A DNA stretch of 64,000 nt, taken from contig NC_042997.1 in assembly GCF_006345805.1 (NCBI RefSeq), positions 103,044,001 to 103,108,000 on the forward strand. Reading direction: 5' to 3'. Numbering within the stretch: the stretch's first letter is position 1; each line of letters begins with the position of its first letter. Below, in pieces: positions 40,854 through 54,014 of this stretch. Below the pieces are notes generated by a model, which searched no databases, was not told the origin of the DNA, and saw only the letters and a list, made by a program, of their open reading frames with translations. A program made the position numbers and the translations under genes. The stretch is from Octopus sinensis. Lineage: Eukaryota.

Positions 40854-41397
40854 AAATGTGCTGGAAGCGGTTCTACGACTCGTATTCTATTAACATAGAT
40901 ACACTTTAGGATTTGTTATATCGCACCCACCTCGCATGCACTTCCTTTTTAACCATCCGATATCTGCATGCATTATTGACATTTTGCTCTACATATGTCA
41001 AAACTCAAAACCATTCTTCAAAGCATATATAAGAGCCAATGCAAACTACTTTCAACGGCACCGAGACACAATGAACCCCGTCTGTCGGTACTCTTGGAAT
41101 CCGCATGCTACTGGCATTCGGGCCTACCTAACTGATCAACTTCTTTTATTCTTTAATATATACCTTCTCCAAACCAGCATAAACATTTTCTAATAATTCT
41201 GGAATCATCTTGACACCATTTAGTCCTTGAACAACAACACTATTATTTCAATCACTAATGATCTTGAGCGCAAACTTCGTCATATGGTTTTAGGGGAAAA
41301 TAAAAGTGCACATTTATTCTACAATTTTCTGTGATTTTAACGCCAGAAGACCGTAACCAGGATTGAGAACGTAAATTGATCAACAGATTTGGCTCAC

Positions 41398-41469
41398 CTG
41401 GAGCTTGCTTTGTGCTCCTTCCTGATGTACTGGATATGGAGCATCATTTGATTTTTCAGTAGCACATTC
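41398..41469 (-). CDS. Candidate exon 8 (72 nt, phase 0-0): ECATEKSNDAPYPVHQEGAQSKLQ
   Basis: Acceptor ..GCTACATAG, donor CAG|GTGAGC, open frame. Confidence 0.6.
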
Positions 41470-41923
41470 CTATGTAGCATAGCAAAAGCAAGATAGTTCA
41501 CATCTAGTTTCTTAAATTGAAAGTAATTGTTCAAATAATACTTGGTCGTGTACAGTAAACAGTTAAAATAAAAATATAAAGATAAACAATGACACACGTG
41601 TAAAACACTATGAATGAATGTTAACACAAATGAGATTCTAGGAGTAATCTGTAAATATATATCACTATAGTACGTGCATTGAATTACGTAGGTAATTCTT
41701 GGTCCTCTCAGTATATATCAAGCAATCTGCGATAAGGAGTGGTTATAATTATACGATTTACAATTTTCTAAATAATCTCATATTTCAATGTCTTGATACT
41801 GCAAGTTAGTTAAGGAGGTGATGACATTTATGCTTACGTCTAATTTAGTTTAGAAGTTTGGTTCGAAAAGAACTTATGTTTCGGGTTTGTCTACGCGCAC
41901 TTAAATGTCTGTCCGTGACTTAC

Positions 41924-41942
41924 ATTTATAGCTTTCTGTCGA
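41924..41942 (-). CDS. Candidate micro-exon 7 (19 nt, phase 2-0): (I)RQKAIN
   Basis: Acceptor TTTTATTTTCAG, donor GTAAGT. Confidence 0.6.
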
Positions 41943-41971
41943 CTGAAAATAAAAGCTAGAAAAAATATTTG

Positions 41972-42024
<53 letters not shown>

Positions 42025-42089
42025 CCGTATCACGTCCTCGCATTGCTGTTTTTTTCTCTTTTTTTCTGTGTTTTCTTGTTTGGATTAAC

Positions 42090-42144
<55 letters not shown>

Positions 42145-42398
42145 TGTATGTATGTGTGTGTGTGTCTGTGCACGCACGCGTGTTTTTGTATGTATGTGGA
42201 AGTACATATATGTATATGAGTGCGTGGTTGGTGGCTGGCCCAGGATAACCTCAGTCCAATAATTAAAACAAGTAAAAGAATAAAAGAATAGCCAAAGATA
42301 TTATGCATTAAAACAATTTTTACAACTTTGAAAATCAGAGAGTTTTTCAAGGACATCAGCACATTCAGCTTACAATCATCTTACTAAGTGTTTACCTT

Positions 42399-43190
42399 AC
42401 AGGGTGCATCAGTTTTCTTTGGGGTCATTTGCATGAATTTAGAAAAAGGAACATAACTCATCAAAGAAAAGCTGTATTTGAAACAAATCAGTACAAATAA
42501 TTTGGAGACTCCAATTCAACGAATCCACAGTTAGCTTTAATGACTGCTTCAACACGGGGTCAGAAGCGTTGACATGCCCGAATCAGATTATGTCTATCAA
42601 TTTTGGACACGTGTTGGTTATACAGGACTTGAGAGATTGTATGGTGTCATAGAGGTGTTGATTGACTTCTCTCTCGACAACGCTCCATATGTAATAGTCT
42701 AGTAGGTTGCCTGGTGAGATCAGAAGCTACGTGACTGGAAGCATGATCTTGGGCATTGGTACGCGTTCACACTTGGATTGTCCGAGCCACATGAGACGGC
42801 GTAGAGTCTTGTTGGAAGATGTACCATCTTTCGTTGCATACTCTGTCTATCGACGGCCTCACAACTTTCTCCAGGAGTACTGTGTAGACAGCAGCGTCAA
42901 CTCTTTAGTCATGTGAAAAAAAAGTTAGGAGGCATGATATCTCTCTCGCTTCTGATAACTCAGAGAATCATCACAGTTGTTGGGAACTTAGAATGAGTGA
43001 CTGTTGGGAACTTATTTGGGTCTCTGCATAACCTTCTACTGTTTCTGTGGTTTACCTTTTAGTCCTGATCGAAGTTTTCTCATCGGAGAAAAAACAAAGC
43101 ATTCTAGCAGCTGCGTGTCTTCCTACGAAGCACATCTAAGTCGACTGCGCAGATTGCAAATCAGCAGTCGGTGTATCCGACGATTTTAAA
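42399..43190 (-). mobile_element. Degenerate Tc1/mariner-superfamily element
   Basis: TA-CAGGGTG terminus. Minus-strand YIFQQDSTP, LDYYIW, ACQRF*PRVEAV. Confidence 0.6.
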
Positions 43191-44259
43191 ATGTGCACAA
43201 CCTATACTACTGGCCTACAGATGTGATCTGGATTAAGTTTGTCTGGATTAACCATTGCAGGTACATTCTGGAAATCCAGTCGGTACCTGTCAGATAGTTG
43301 AAAAATCTGAGCATGTTTGTGAGACTTTCGCAACCCCTCTCCAATTACTCATTCCCATAAAATCCAGATGTGTATATAAGATGCCATTCCGCCCCACCCC
43401 CTGTAGCAGTAAAGAGCAAGTTGTTCTGAGGAAATAAATCTCTAGACACCTGAGGAATTCCGGGTGTCACTTCCCGTTGAAGCATAAATAGCTATATGCC
43501 CGAAACTACCCACCTTCACCACTGTTCACATCCAGGACCACCAACTTACTTTCTATGTCCAAGAAGACGGTCCGTATCAATAAATATAGACTCTTTCAAA
43601 ACAACACATCATCTCCGCCTTTCAGTCCCGGTGAACTTGAAAATAAATAGATCTGTTACCCACGGAAAATGGGGATGAAGGCTTGATGATCGGAGGCTCT
43701 GGTTTCGCTGTTGGCCAACACAGCTATACTTTGTGACCTGAAGACGTTGACCAGCAGGTACTGCTTCCAATATGCCTCGAGATTACGTGTATTCAGACCA
43801 TCTATTCTGAGTACGGCCATGACTGAGAAGAGAGAGGAAAGTGAAAAAGGCTTGTTTACCTTATTCCTATAGAGCGGCTGGTGTTTCGTTTCACTGACTT
43901 GCTGTAGGTGTTTCTTCTAGCACATTTTTGCATAATATTTTAATAATAATCCCGCTGGTCTCCTACACCATCGGAGTATTTAAGTTTTAGGATGTTATAT
44001 GTGTATTGTGATACCTGGATTAATTCTATGCGTACTAAAATATCCTTGGTTAATGTGCTGGCAGAATCGTTAGCACACCAGGAGAAATGCTTAGCTGTCT
44101 TTCGTCCGTCTTCACGTTCTGAGTTCCAATTCCGCCGAGGTCGACTTTGCCCTCCATCCTTTCGGAATCGATAAAAGAAGTACTAGATGAGCTATGGAGT
44201 CTATGTAATCGACTTACCATCTCCCCGAAATTGCTGGCCTTGTGGCAAAATTTGAAATC

Positions 44260-45130
44260 AATATTACTTTTGGAGTGTGCCATCTAACTGTTGTGGAAGA
44301 AATTAGGTTCTCCCACAACAATAGTATCTGTGATAGTGGTGGTGTCGAGGATAGTGGTGTCCATAGGACTGGTATAACTGCTGTTGTGGATGTGCTGGTG
44401 CATTGTTGCACAAAGCTATCTCCTACAGTTGTTCGTATCTGTCAGTTTTACGTGTTGTGTTTTTTTCTGTTTCTTTTTCTTTTCTCACTGTCCCCTTCGC
44501 CAGACGACAGATTTGAGTGAACACTAATGGAGAGGGGCATATTTTAGGGTCATTGCCTTTTTGTTTAATAGTTGTTTTTTTAGGGGGAAGGTATGTCTTC
44601 ACATACCGATGTTGTTGGTAATGTGGTTGCTCATGTGAGTAATTTTTGTTTTGTTGTTGCCGTAGGTGCTGCCTTCAGTCTGGTTGCAGCTAGTGCAGCC
44701 ACTCGTTGCTTTTGTTGTTGTTTTGGTTGCTGCAGTTATTTGCCTTGGGGTTACTGCTGTTATTGGAAGTGCTGAAGTTGTGGTGTTGGCAAAAGCCTCC
44801 TTTCAGCTGTCATTGTCTCTTGCCGGGGTAGAAAGCCTTGACCTTGAGGTGATTAATGTTTCTACAATTGTAGCATCCAGGCTTCCTACTATCACATCCA
44901 GTTGCTTCCCTTCTGGAATCTCTATTAGGTCGGGGATTTTGTCTAGTGTCTCAGATTTCGCCTGACTAAAAGACTCCAATCCCATCCAAACCCGATTTTC
45001 TTCTTGGAATCTTTTTATTTCTTGCAGCGTGCTAGTCTTACAAATATAGCATCTACCAAATAATAAAAACAAACAAACAAACAAAAACGAAAACAAAACA
45101 GACAATAAACCCAATGATGCAGTTGTGTGC
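44260..45130 (-). mobile_element. Degenerate L1/Tx1-type ORF1 remnant
   Basis: NRVWMGLESF..DLIEIPEGKQLDVIV resembles the other ORF1 copies. Confidence 0.4.
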
Positions 45131-45228
45131 AATTAAAACTTGTGCATAGAGAACAAATTAGAACCAAAATTAAACTTTAATGCTTCTGTCATTTCAATAA
45201 GGTTTAATAATTACCATCCTGTACTCAC

Positions 45229-45249
45229 ATAACTGTTGTAAGCCTATCT
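45229..45249 (-). CDS. Candidate micro-exon 6 (21 nt, phase 2-2): (K)DRLTTV
   Basis: Acceptor TTTTATCTCTTTCATAATACAG, donor GTGAGT. Confidence 0.6.
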
Positions 45250-45494
45250 CTGTATTATGAAAGAGATAAAAATGTCACAAAAACAAAATCCTACTCCCGT
45301 TACCTCCACAAAGAGAACGACATGACTTTTAATTCACACGTTCATGTTGCTCATAAGAGCAAATATTTCGTCCAGTTTTAATTCATTTTCTTTTTTTTTT
45401 TGTCACGATGTTAGTTTCCGTGCCTCAATCATCACAACTTGAACAAAATGTTTCCACTAAATATTCATATTCGAATACATTCATATATATATAG

Positions 45495-45884
45495 TGTATG
45501 GTTGAGAAGCTTGTTTCCAAACCACGTGGCCTTGGGTTCAGCCCCACTGTGCAGTATATCAAGCAAACGTCTTCTACTGCTGCACTGAGGCGACCAAAGC
45601 CTTGTGTGTGGATTTGGTAGACGGAAAATGAAAGAAGCCCGTCACACACGCGCGCGCGTATATGTGTGTGCGTGACTTTGTATTTGTTTACCACCACCGC
45701 TCGAGAGCGGCATTGGCTTGTTTACGTGCCTGTAACCTGGCAGTTTGGCTCAAGGCACTTATAGAACAAATTACAGGCTAAAAAAAACCCTCACAAAATA
45801 TAAATAGCGGGATCAACTTGCTCGATTAAACCCTTCAAGGCATGGTCGCATCCCTATGATTGAAACATGTAAAAGATAAAAGAT
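45495..45884 (+). mobile_element. SINE family A, diverged
   Basis: Homologous to 1472-1951. Another degenerate copy at about 46515-46720 (-). Confidence 0.7.
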
Positions 45885-45918
45885 ATTCTAATACCAATCA
45901 ATTGTAACTCATATATAC

Positions 45919-45945
45919 TTGGTTGGTGTTACGTTGGCTAACTTT
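45919..45945 (-). CDS. Candidate micro-exon 5 (27 nt, phase 2-2): (Q)KLANVTPT
   Basis: Acceptor GTTTTCTTTTATAG, donor CAA|GTATAT. Confidence 0.55.
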
Positions 45946-46023
45946 CTATAAAAGAAAACGTACGAAATAGTAATCTTCCATATTTTATTGTATTAGCATA
46001 TAGAATATAGTTATCGAACTTAC

Positions 46024-46048
46024 TGGTGTTCATTAACGACTCGATATT
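46024..46048 (-). CDS. Candidate micro-exon 4 (25 nt, phase 1-2): (E)YRVVNEH
   Basis: Acceptor TATTTAATTTAG, donor GTAAGT. Confidence 0.6.
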
Positions 46049-46150
46049 CTAAATTAAATACGAGTGAATTTGTCAAAGAGATAGAGGAGATCCTTAACAT
46101 CATAACGTTGAATCAGAAGTAACTACCATTTGTAAGCGTTCAAAAGTTAC

Positions 46151-46170
46151 CGTCAGCGATCCTCGTTAGT
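46151..46170 (-). CDS. Candidate micro-exon 3 (20 nt, phase 2-1): (Q)LTRIAD
   Basis: Acceptor TACTTTCCTTCAG, donor ACG|GTAACT. Confidence 0.55.
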
Positions 46171-46381
46171 CTGAAGGAAAGTAACAATACCTGTAATCCT
46201 TCTAGATTCTTCTAGACTGACCGGTTTGAAAAATTATAGGTTGGTTAAAGCTGTATTAGTTCATAATTGCAATAATTATCTCTGCTGCTCAATTAAGTTA
46301 AAGTAGGAGCTGATTTAGTCTCATGAAGAAGTGACAGATCACTGTTTAAGTTGTGAATAATTAACCACGTTGCAGGAATAC

Positions 46382-46436
46382 TGATGACCATGTTTATGTT
46401 GACGACGATGATGATGATGATGGTGTTGATGGTCTC
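46382..46436 (-). CDS. Candidate exon 2 (55 nt, phase 1-2): (G)DHQHHHHHHRRQHKHGH
   Basis: Acceptor ATATTTCCGCAG, donor CA|GTATTC, His-rich frame. Confidence 0.55.
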
Positions 46437-47824
46437 CTGCGGAAATATTTGGTAATTTATAAAGAAAAAAAATCGATGAAATAATGAGTAGAATAGCATC
46501 TAGCGAATCTTTAACTGTTTCAGCGGCCATACTGGGGCATCACTTTGAAGGGTTTAATCGAATGAATCGCCCCCAGTACTTATTTTAAGTCTACTACTTA
46601 TTCTAGCGGTCTATTTTACTGAACAGCTTACAGAGACGTAAACAAACCAGCACCAGTTGTCTAATGCTGGTGGACATACACACATGCGACATGCTTCCAC
46701 AAAGCTTCCGAAGTCTCGATCTATCAAATCCAATCGAAAAGATGTGAACTTTTAAAAGGAAACAAAAACTGTTCAAATCATAACGTCTAAATGTAACCAC
46801 TCGACTTCGGAGGTCAAATGGGTATTGCGCCTCATTGTATCATTTTCATATTTTCATTCGTTCTTTTTATTTTTTCTTCTTCACTCGATTTCTTTCTGTA
46901 TTTTTACTTCCCCGACTATGTATCCTGTATTATTTTGTAATGTCCCATCTATGTTTGGCCCCTTGTAGGTAATAGAAAAATCAGGACATTGGTGCTGCCT
47001 TGACGGAGGTTTGCCCTCTCTGAGTGCTCTTGTTTTATTTTTATTTTATCTTTACTTATTGCATTTTTTATGTTTATAATTTTTTGTGTAGTCTCATCAG
47101 GGCGACGAGCTGGTAGAATCATTAGCGCAACGGACAAAAATTCTTAGCGGCATTTCTTCCGGCTCTTTAGTTCAAATTTCTGTAAGGTCAGCTTTGCCTT
47201 TCATCCTTTCAGGGAGCAATGAAATCGACCTACACTTCTTCACAAATTGCTATATTTGTGCAAAATTAAAATGAATTGTCGTTTTTGGTTGTTTTAATCT
47301 CATAAAAAAAAGATATGGATCCTCGTCGGTTTTAGATATGATTATTTAGTTGCTCGATCGATCTGACCACTAATTTTCAAAATTAGCGTGTAAATGGGAG
47401 AGTATTTTTCAAACACGTGTATCGTTAATGGAATTCTCAGGTTGAATCATCGTGGGACAGTATGTGACAAAGCCATGTTATTACTGGTATGGTTTTTCTC
47501 ACAGATTCTGTGTATTCCATTTCTCATACAAAGCCTGGTTCTACTTGATCTTATGATTCAAGACACAAAGATTATTGCTCAAGATCTCATGCTGTGGGTT
47601 TGAGCCTGATGCCTCATGATTGCAAAGCGAGCTTCTTAATTATTCTACCATACTGTATCCACTTGTTCATCGAACAACACAAATGCACTGTATGTCCTTT
47701 TATTGACTTAGTCTCCCAAAAGTATGAATAGCTAAACCGAACCTTGACAGAATTTCAATTCAGTAGAGGGGCGAACGATATACACTGCTTCTATTCAGGC
47801 ACCTTTATGTTTTTTGCAGCTCAC

Positions 47825-47873
47825 CACCTAACAAAGTATAAGTCACAATTACAACAAGAACAACAACCGGCAT
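47825..47873 (-). CDS. Candidate first coding exon, signal peptide MPVVVLVVIVTYTLLG (phase-1 end)
   Basis: AAAATG start context, hydrophobic run, donor GTG|GTGAGC. Confidence 0.6.
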
Positions 47874-48242
47874 TTTCGTGGCTGGAATAACTTGAAGGGC
47901 TAATTGTGAATTAACCAGTACCCAAGAGAATTCGCTATGAAGTGACACACAAATACGTTTTATGTTTGTGTTAATTATCGCATCCAACGTATTCGGTATT
48001 TGCAAAATATATTATAATGTATTACTGGAAAGGAGCCAAGAAAGAATTAATCGGTGAAACTCAACAAACAATCTCTGTTTTATTTTGATCGTTTGTGCAG
48101 TTGGTGAAATTGTATGTAGAATGGTGCTTGATTTTATTTTTAACGTCTATTTCTGGTGTACAATTCAGAGCTGCAGTTTTTCTGAAATGTGACAGAAGAG
48201 ATATGAACGTTATCTCACAATTTCCACCGGCTGAATTGATTG

Positions 48243-48305
<63 letters not shown>

Positions 48306-48458
48306 GTATATATACATGTGTGTGAGAGAAAGAGAGGAGCTACTAAAGAAAGCATTATATTCGTTCAGTACACATTAGCAAACAACCTCTTTTGTCTGAT
48401 TTCTTCTCCTTCGTGCGTCATAAACTGTAGTATGCTTTACAAAGTTCACACACACACA

Positions 48459-48504
<46 letters not shown>

Positions 48505-49430
48505 TACTCGTATGCGTATTCTTGTATGAATTTACTTAATTATAAGAAAAATACGTACATTTACATACACTAGCACACGAAGAATTATACATGCTCTGAA
48601 GATTTCAATTCTAACAATTAAACTTTGTCACTTCGTTTGCAGTATACTACTAATCTGTTGTAGGTAAAATACCAAAATAAATATTGAGATATGTACTATG
48701 AGTATATATGTGAGCTGTACAAAGACATCCATATTTAAATAATCATGCACACGCACATATATGCATGCATAATATATACTTAAAGGAAATAAATACAAAG
48801 AATCTGTGCAAAGGATATATGTATATAAGTCTGTTTATGTATGTTTGTGGAAGATTGTAACTGTGATTGTACATTTTAATGCATTGCATATATAGTAAAC
48901 TCATATATATCGACAGTTTCTTCGTTTATGATCGCGATGACTATGCATGAATATACATGTATATACTTAAATTCACACACTACATCACACAAACACATAT
49001 ACTCAACACATATCTGATGTAATTATTACATAAGCGTACAATCACACACGTATTGTCAAGGTGGTGCTTCGCCATGGCTTCAGTTAGCTGACAAACAAGT
49101 AAAAGAATATAATAATACAAGTATATATATATATAAATCATACCCATCTATGTTTCATATATATATATATATATATAAATCATACCCATCTATGTTTCAT
49201 ACTAAATGCATACATACATTGGAAAGGCGTTAATAAAAAAGAAAAAAAATCAAGAAGGGAGAGACTCGCCTGTCGTTCTCTTGAGTCACTTTTTTTGCGT
49301 TCTTAATACAAGATATCTATAAAATTATTTTCTTTCGGACAAAATCATGGGATTACGTTTTTGAACGATGCGTACACTCTCACTCTTCGTATAGATACAT
49401 AGATGATTTTAATTTAATACAGTTTCAATT

Positions 49431-49506
<76 letters not shown>

Positions 49507-49507
<1 letters not shown>

Positions 49508-50792
49508 TGGGTTGTCCGGAAGGTTCGTGCTGATTTATAGTAGCTTACCTTTAGACTTATTTTAGCACGTGGTTGAATCTATAACATGTGATTTGACTAC
49601 ACCTCCATTTAGAGCAAAGTTTAAGCTATCTTTTCGAGGAAGAAGATTTATATTCCTATAACCTGTGTTAATTCTGTAACTCTTTAAAATGGAAGATAAG
49701 AAAGTTCATTTTCGGCACTTGATGCTTTTCTTTTTCCGTAAAGGAAAATATGCCTTACCAGCAACCAAAGAAATATGCGCAGTTAACGGTGATGTTTCTT
49801 TATCCGAAAGAACTGTACGGAAGTGGTTCGTAAGGTTCCGATCTGAAGATTGTAGCCTTTTTGTTAAAGAACGATAAGGCAGACCATCCACTACAGATGA
49901 TGACAAAATCAAGTCATTAATTGAGAATAACCCACATTGCACAATCCGAGAATTGGCAGAAAGCTTCAACCTATTAAAATCCGTCGTTCATGAGCACCTG
50001 GTAAAGCTTGAGTATACAAATCGCTACGATGTTTGGGTACCACATGAGTTGAGTGAGAAGAACCTTTTGGATCGCATTTCCATCTGTGATTCGCTTTATA
50101 AACGGAATGAAAACGCGCCTTTTTTAAAACAAATTGTGACAGGTGATGAGAAATGGATTATATACCGAAATGTTCAGAGAAAGCAATCCTGGAATAAGCG
50201 ACATGAGCCACCCTTAGCCACCCCAAAAGCGGGTCCTAACTCTAAAAATGTCTTGTTTTGTGTCTAGTGGGATTGGAAAGGAATTCTGTACAATGAGCTT
50301 CTCCAAGTAACTAGACAATTAATTCTGAGAAATGCTGCACACAACTGGACGAGTTAAAAGCAGCAATTCAAGAGAAACGTCCAGAATTGGCCAACAGGAA
50401 GGGTATTGTTTTCCAGCATGATAATGCAAGACCGCACCTTTCTTTAGGGACCAGATAAAAATTGTTGCAGCTCAGCTGGGATATGTTACCCCACCCTCCA
50501 TATTCACCAGATGCTACTCCTTCGGATTTCCACTTATTCAGGTCTCTGCAGAATAGTCTTAATGGTAAAAAAAATTTCAATTACTTGGATGACATAAAAC
50601 GATACCTTGTTGAATTATTTGCCACGAAACCACCTCAATTCTGGGAAGAGGGGGATTTTCAAGTCAAAGGAAAGATGGAGACGCATTTTGCTACAAAATG
50701 GTTTATATTTGGTTGATTAAAAATGTAATGGCAAGTATTTATTGATCTTTTTCTTTCCTTTAAAAATCGGCACGAACTTTCCGGACAACCTA

Positions 50793-50793
<1 letters not shown>
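49507..50793 (+). mobile_element. Full-length mariner element (1287 bp) with a disrupted D,D34D transposase (49689 to about 50718)
   Basis: TIRs TTGGGTTGTCCGGAAGGTTCGTGCTGATTT / AAATCGGCACGAACTTTCCGGACAACCTAA with TA TSD. Motifs WVPHEL, TGDEKW, QHDNARPH, YSPDATPSDFHLF. In-frame stops. Confidence 0.93.
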
Positions 50794-50839
<46 letters not shown>

Positions 50840-50841
<2 letters not shown>

Positions 50842-51216
50842 CGCAGGAGTGACTGTGTGGTAAGTAGCTTGCTAACCAACCACATCGTTCCGGGTTCAGT
50901 CACACTGCATGGCATCTTGGGCAAGTGTCTTCTGCTATAGCCCCGGGCCGACCAATGTCTTGTGAGTGGGTTTGGTAGACGGAAACTGAAAGAAGCCTGT
51001 CGTATATATGTATATATATATATATATATTATATATATATATATATATATAGGCGCAGGAGTGACTGTGTGGTAAGTAGCTTGCTAACCAACCACATCGT
51101 TCCGGGTTCAGTCACACTGCATGGCATCTTGGGCAAGTGTCTTCTGCTATAGCCCCGGGCCGACCAATGTCTTGTGAGTGGGTTTGGTAGACGGAAACTG
51201 AAAGAAGCCTGTCGTA

Positions 51217-51254
<38 letters not shown>

Positions 51255-51476
51255 TGTGTGTTTGCGTGTCTGTGTTTGCCCCCCTAGCATTGCTTGACAA
51301 CCGATGCTGGTGTGTCTACGTCCCCGTCACTTAGTGGTTCGGCAAAAGAGACAGATAGAATAAGTGCTGGGCTTACAAAGAATAAGTCCCGGGGTCGATT
51401 TGCTCGACTAAAGGCGGTGCTCCAGCATGGCCGCAGTCAAATGACTGAAAGAAGTAAAAGAGTAAAGAGTAAAGAG
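50840..51476 (+). mobile_element. SINE family A with a tandemly duplicated 5' half
   Basis: 50840-51030 is essentially identical to 51052-51240 (offset 212). Confidence 0.85.
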
Positions 51477-51546
51477 TATATATATATAAAATATACAAAA
51501 ATTATTTTAATAATAATAATACAGAGTAAAATCAATAATGATTTTA

Positions 51547-51945
51547 CCTGGTAGCCAGTGCGGAAAATAAAAACCTTTTAGGTAAATTTTACGTATCATT
51601 TTATAATTATGTACATAATTATAACAAGGGATCAGCTTAAAGCATCACCTCACGCTGCTAAAAATAGACGTTAAAGTCTCTTTTTACCACCTTAAAATCT
51701 CCGAGGAAAACACACTTAATGTGGGCAAGTAAAAGAAAGATAATGAATCAAAACAATGGTTAACAGTAGTGTATTTTTCTCGGAGATGTTAAGGTAGTGA
51801 AAAAAGACTTTAACGTCTATTTTTAGCATTTTAGCAGCGCGGGGTGATGCTTTAAGCTGACCCCTTGTTATAATTATGTATATTATTATAAGGTTATACA
51901 TAAAATTTACCTGAAAGGTTTTTATTTTCCGCACTGGCTACCTGG
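51547..51945. mobile_element. Fold-back MITE with about 170-bp TIRs and TA TSD
   Basis: CCTGGTAGCCAGTGCGGAAAATAAAA... / ...TTTTATTTTCCGCACTGGCTACCTGG. Confidence 0.8.
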
Positions 51946-52771
51946 TATGAACGTGCGTAAGTATGTACATATTTGTCACGTTTGTTAGACTGTTTATATA
52001 TATTATGCACAACAGCGTGAAATACAAAAAATTGAAAGAAGTATGTATATTACAAAGACTAGGTGCAAGTGAAAGAAGAATGTATATTACAAAGACTAGG
52101 TGCAAGTGAAAGAAGAATAGAAACATTTCTTTATGCTTTACATTGTGTCTGAATGCTTGTTTACGTGACTGTCACGTTCTTTATCTCTAAGTTGACACGC
52201 TTGCAAAACAGTGGTTTGTTCAACATATGCTTTCAAAAAACATGATTTGCAGATATACCCTGTAACGTAGCGGTTCGACACAAGATTGTTATAGTAAATA
52301 TCAAGATTTTAAAATGTAAGTACTGAGGTCGATATGACCAACTAAAACTCTTAAAAACAGTACTCCTGCATTATATTAGGACTGTAAAGCGTAATATAAT
52401 GCAAATATATGTGTATGTGTGTGAGAAATTAACATCCATCTGCTGACATTCTGAATAATGATTAGTGATATTTCTACCATATAAATATAACTATAAATTT
52501 TGAAAGAATTTCACTGTCAAAAGTGAGTGGAAATGTAGTCATATATATTAGGAAAGTATAAATAATAGACTCATACATAAACATCAATTCTTTTTGACTT
52601 AATTCTTTTAAACAGAACGTGGAATCCAAAGCATAGTTTCTCAACCATCAGTAAAATCCTATTCAAATCGCACACGACTGTTACAAAAAGAAGAATGCAT
52701 TGGAAACTGCAATCGTAGATATATTATATATAAAAGTATAAAGAATAAAAGGAAAAGATCAAGAGACATTT

Positions 52772-53120
52772 CTAAGGAGCATAAGGTGGAGATTGTCGTG
52801 GATAGACCTGCCCGGGATGGCGCAAGTTTGCGCCCCCACCCAAGTCTGTCTACGACCCGCGCCAACCTTTTCGCCAGCACCTTGGCCAAAATCTTTAACT
52901 CTGTGTTTAGCAGAGTTATGGGCCTAAAATTACTTGTCTCGAACTTGAACCCGAAATTCTGCACCCCTCATGTTTGGCTTTGAGGTGACGATCCAAGGCC
53001 GTTCTCACTGCCAAATCGTGGGATGCAGAGCCCAATCTGAACTCCTCCTCTAAGTCCTTAACTAATTGCCCTTCTATTCTGGCATTATCTAATCTTAGCT
53101 GACGGCTAAATCTAATAGAC
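52772..53120 (-). mobile_element. L1/Tx1 ORF2 fragment, internally deleted
   Basis: NFRPITLLNTELKILAKVLAKRL, homologous to 30540-31400. Confidence 0.75.
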
Positions 53121-53350
53121 GGATGCAAGCTTCTTACCACACAGTCACTCCTGCGCCTATATGTGTGTATTTGTTTTATGTTCACAAGAGTACTTCATAT
53201 AAATACAGTGTATACATTTCATTGCTTTATATTCCACCAATAGAGGCATATAGAACCTGAGACACAGAATAGGAAACAGTCACATTTTAATCTAACGTTC
53301 TCAGTTAAGGAAAGAAAAGTAACTAGCTTCACTGAAGATGATTATCATTA

Positions 53351-54014
53351 TCTATAATAATAAATGGAAATTTTATGTGTTTGTGAATTTGTTACTTTAA
53401 CTCCTTTGAGACTATCCAAGAGACCTTGATGAAACTTGACACGTGTGGAGGTGGCTTATGTTCATGCGGTCACTTACGCATTTGGAATTTTTTTTAAATC
53501 GATTTTTAATCAGCATCGATTTTTCAAAATTCGTAAAATTTCGGCATTTTTCGCACTCGCCATCGTGACATCAATTTGACGAAAAATGATTCATGGGTAT
53601 AAAGAAACAGCTTATTAATTGTAATCTATTTAGCTTTTGCTAATTCTGCATTTCAATGCGAATTCTTTTGATTTGCTAAAACTTATTATTTCAATTCGTT
53701 GATTTAATTCCCCAGCGTTTCAGGTTTTGATTAGGTAAGACCATTTTATTTCTCAAGCAAAATTTAGGCATTTTGCACACTAGTCATCGTGAAATCTGCC
53801 CCAAAGCGTAAAATTTCGCCATTTTACGCACATGCACAAAAATGACGACGATACCAGTTCGCTACGAGACTCTGCTAATTTTTTCGTCAAATTGGTCCTA
53901 CCCATTATTTTAGATTTCAAATTTTCGAAAATTGTCAAAATTTGACGAAAAATGTTTCATGGCTATGAACAGACATCTTATTAACCGTAACTTTTTACCG
54001 GGAACCTCAGCTAG
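53351..54014 (+). mobile_element. Non-autonomous Helitron-like element
   Basis: A|TCTATAATAATAAA start and CTAG|T end. Internal repeat AATTTGACGAAAAATG at about 53573 and 53939. Confidence 0.5.

Noticed and set aside
41688-41726. 39-nt exon-like segment on the minus strand (GCAG|...|GTAATT)
   Set aside because: Open only in phase 1, and it gives a stop in the phase-0 chain. Not included in the model, though it could be an alternative exon.
49689-50718. SETMAR-like host gene
   Set aside because: There is no SET domain, it is bounded by mariner TIRs and it has several stops.
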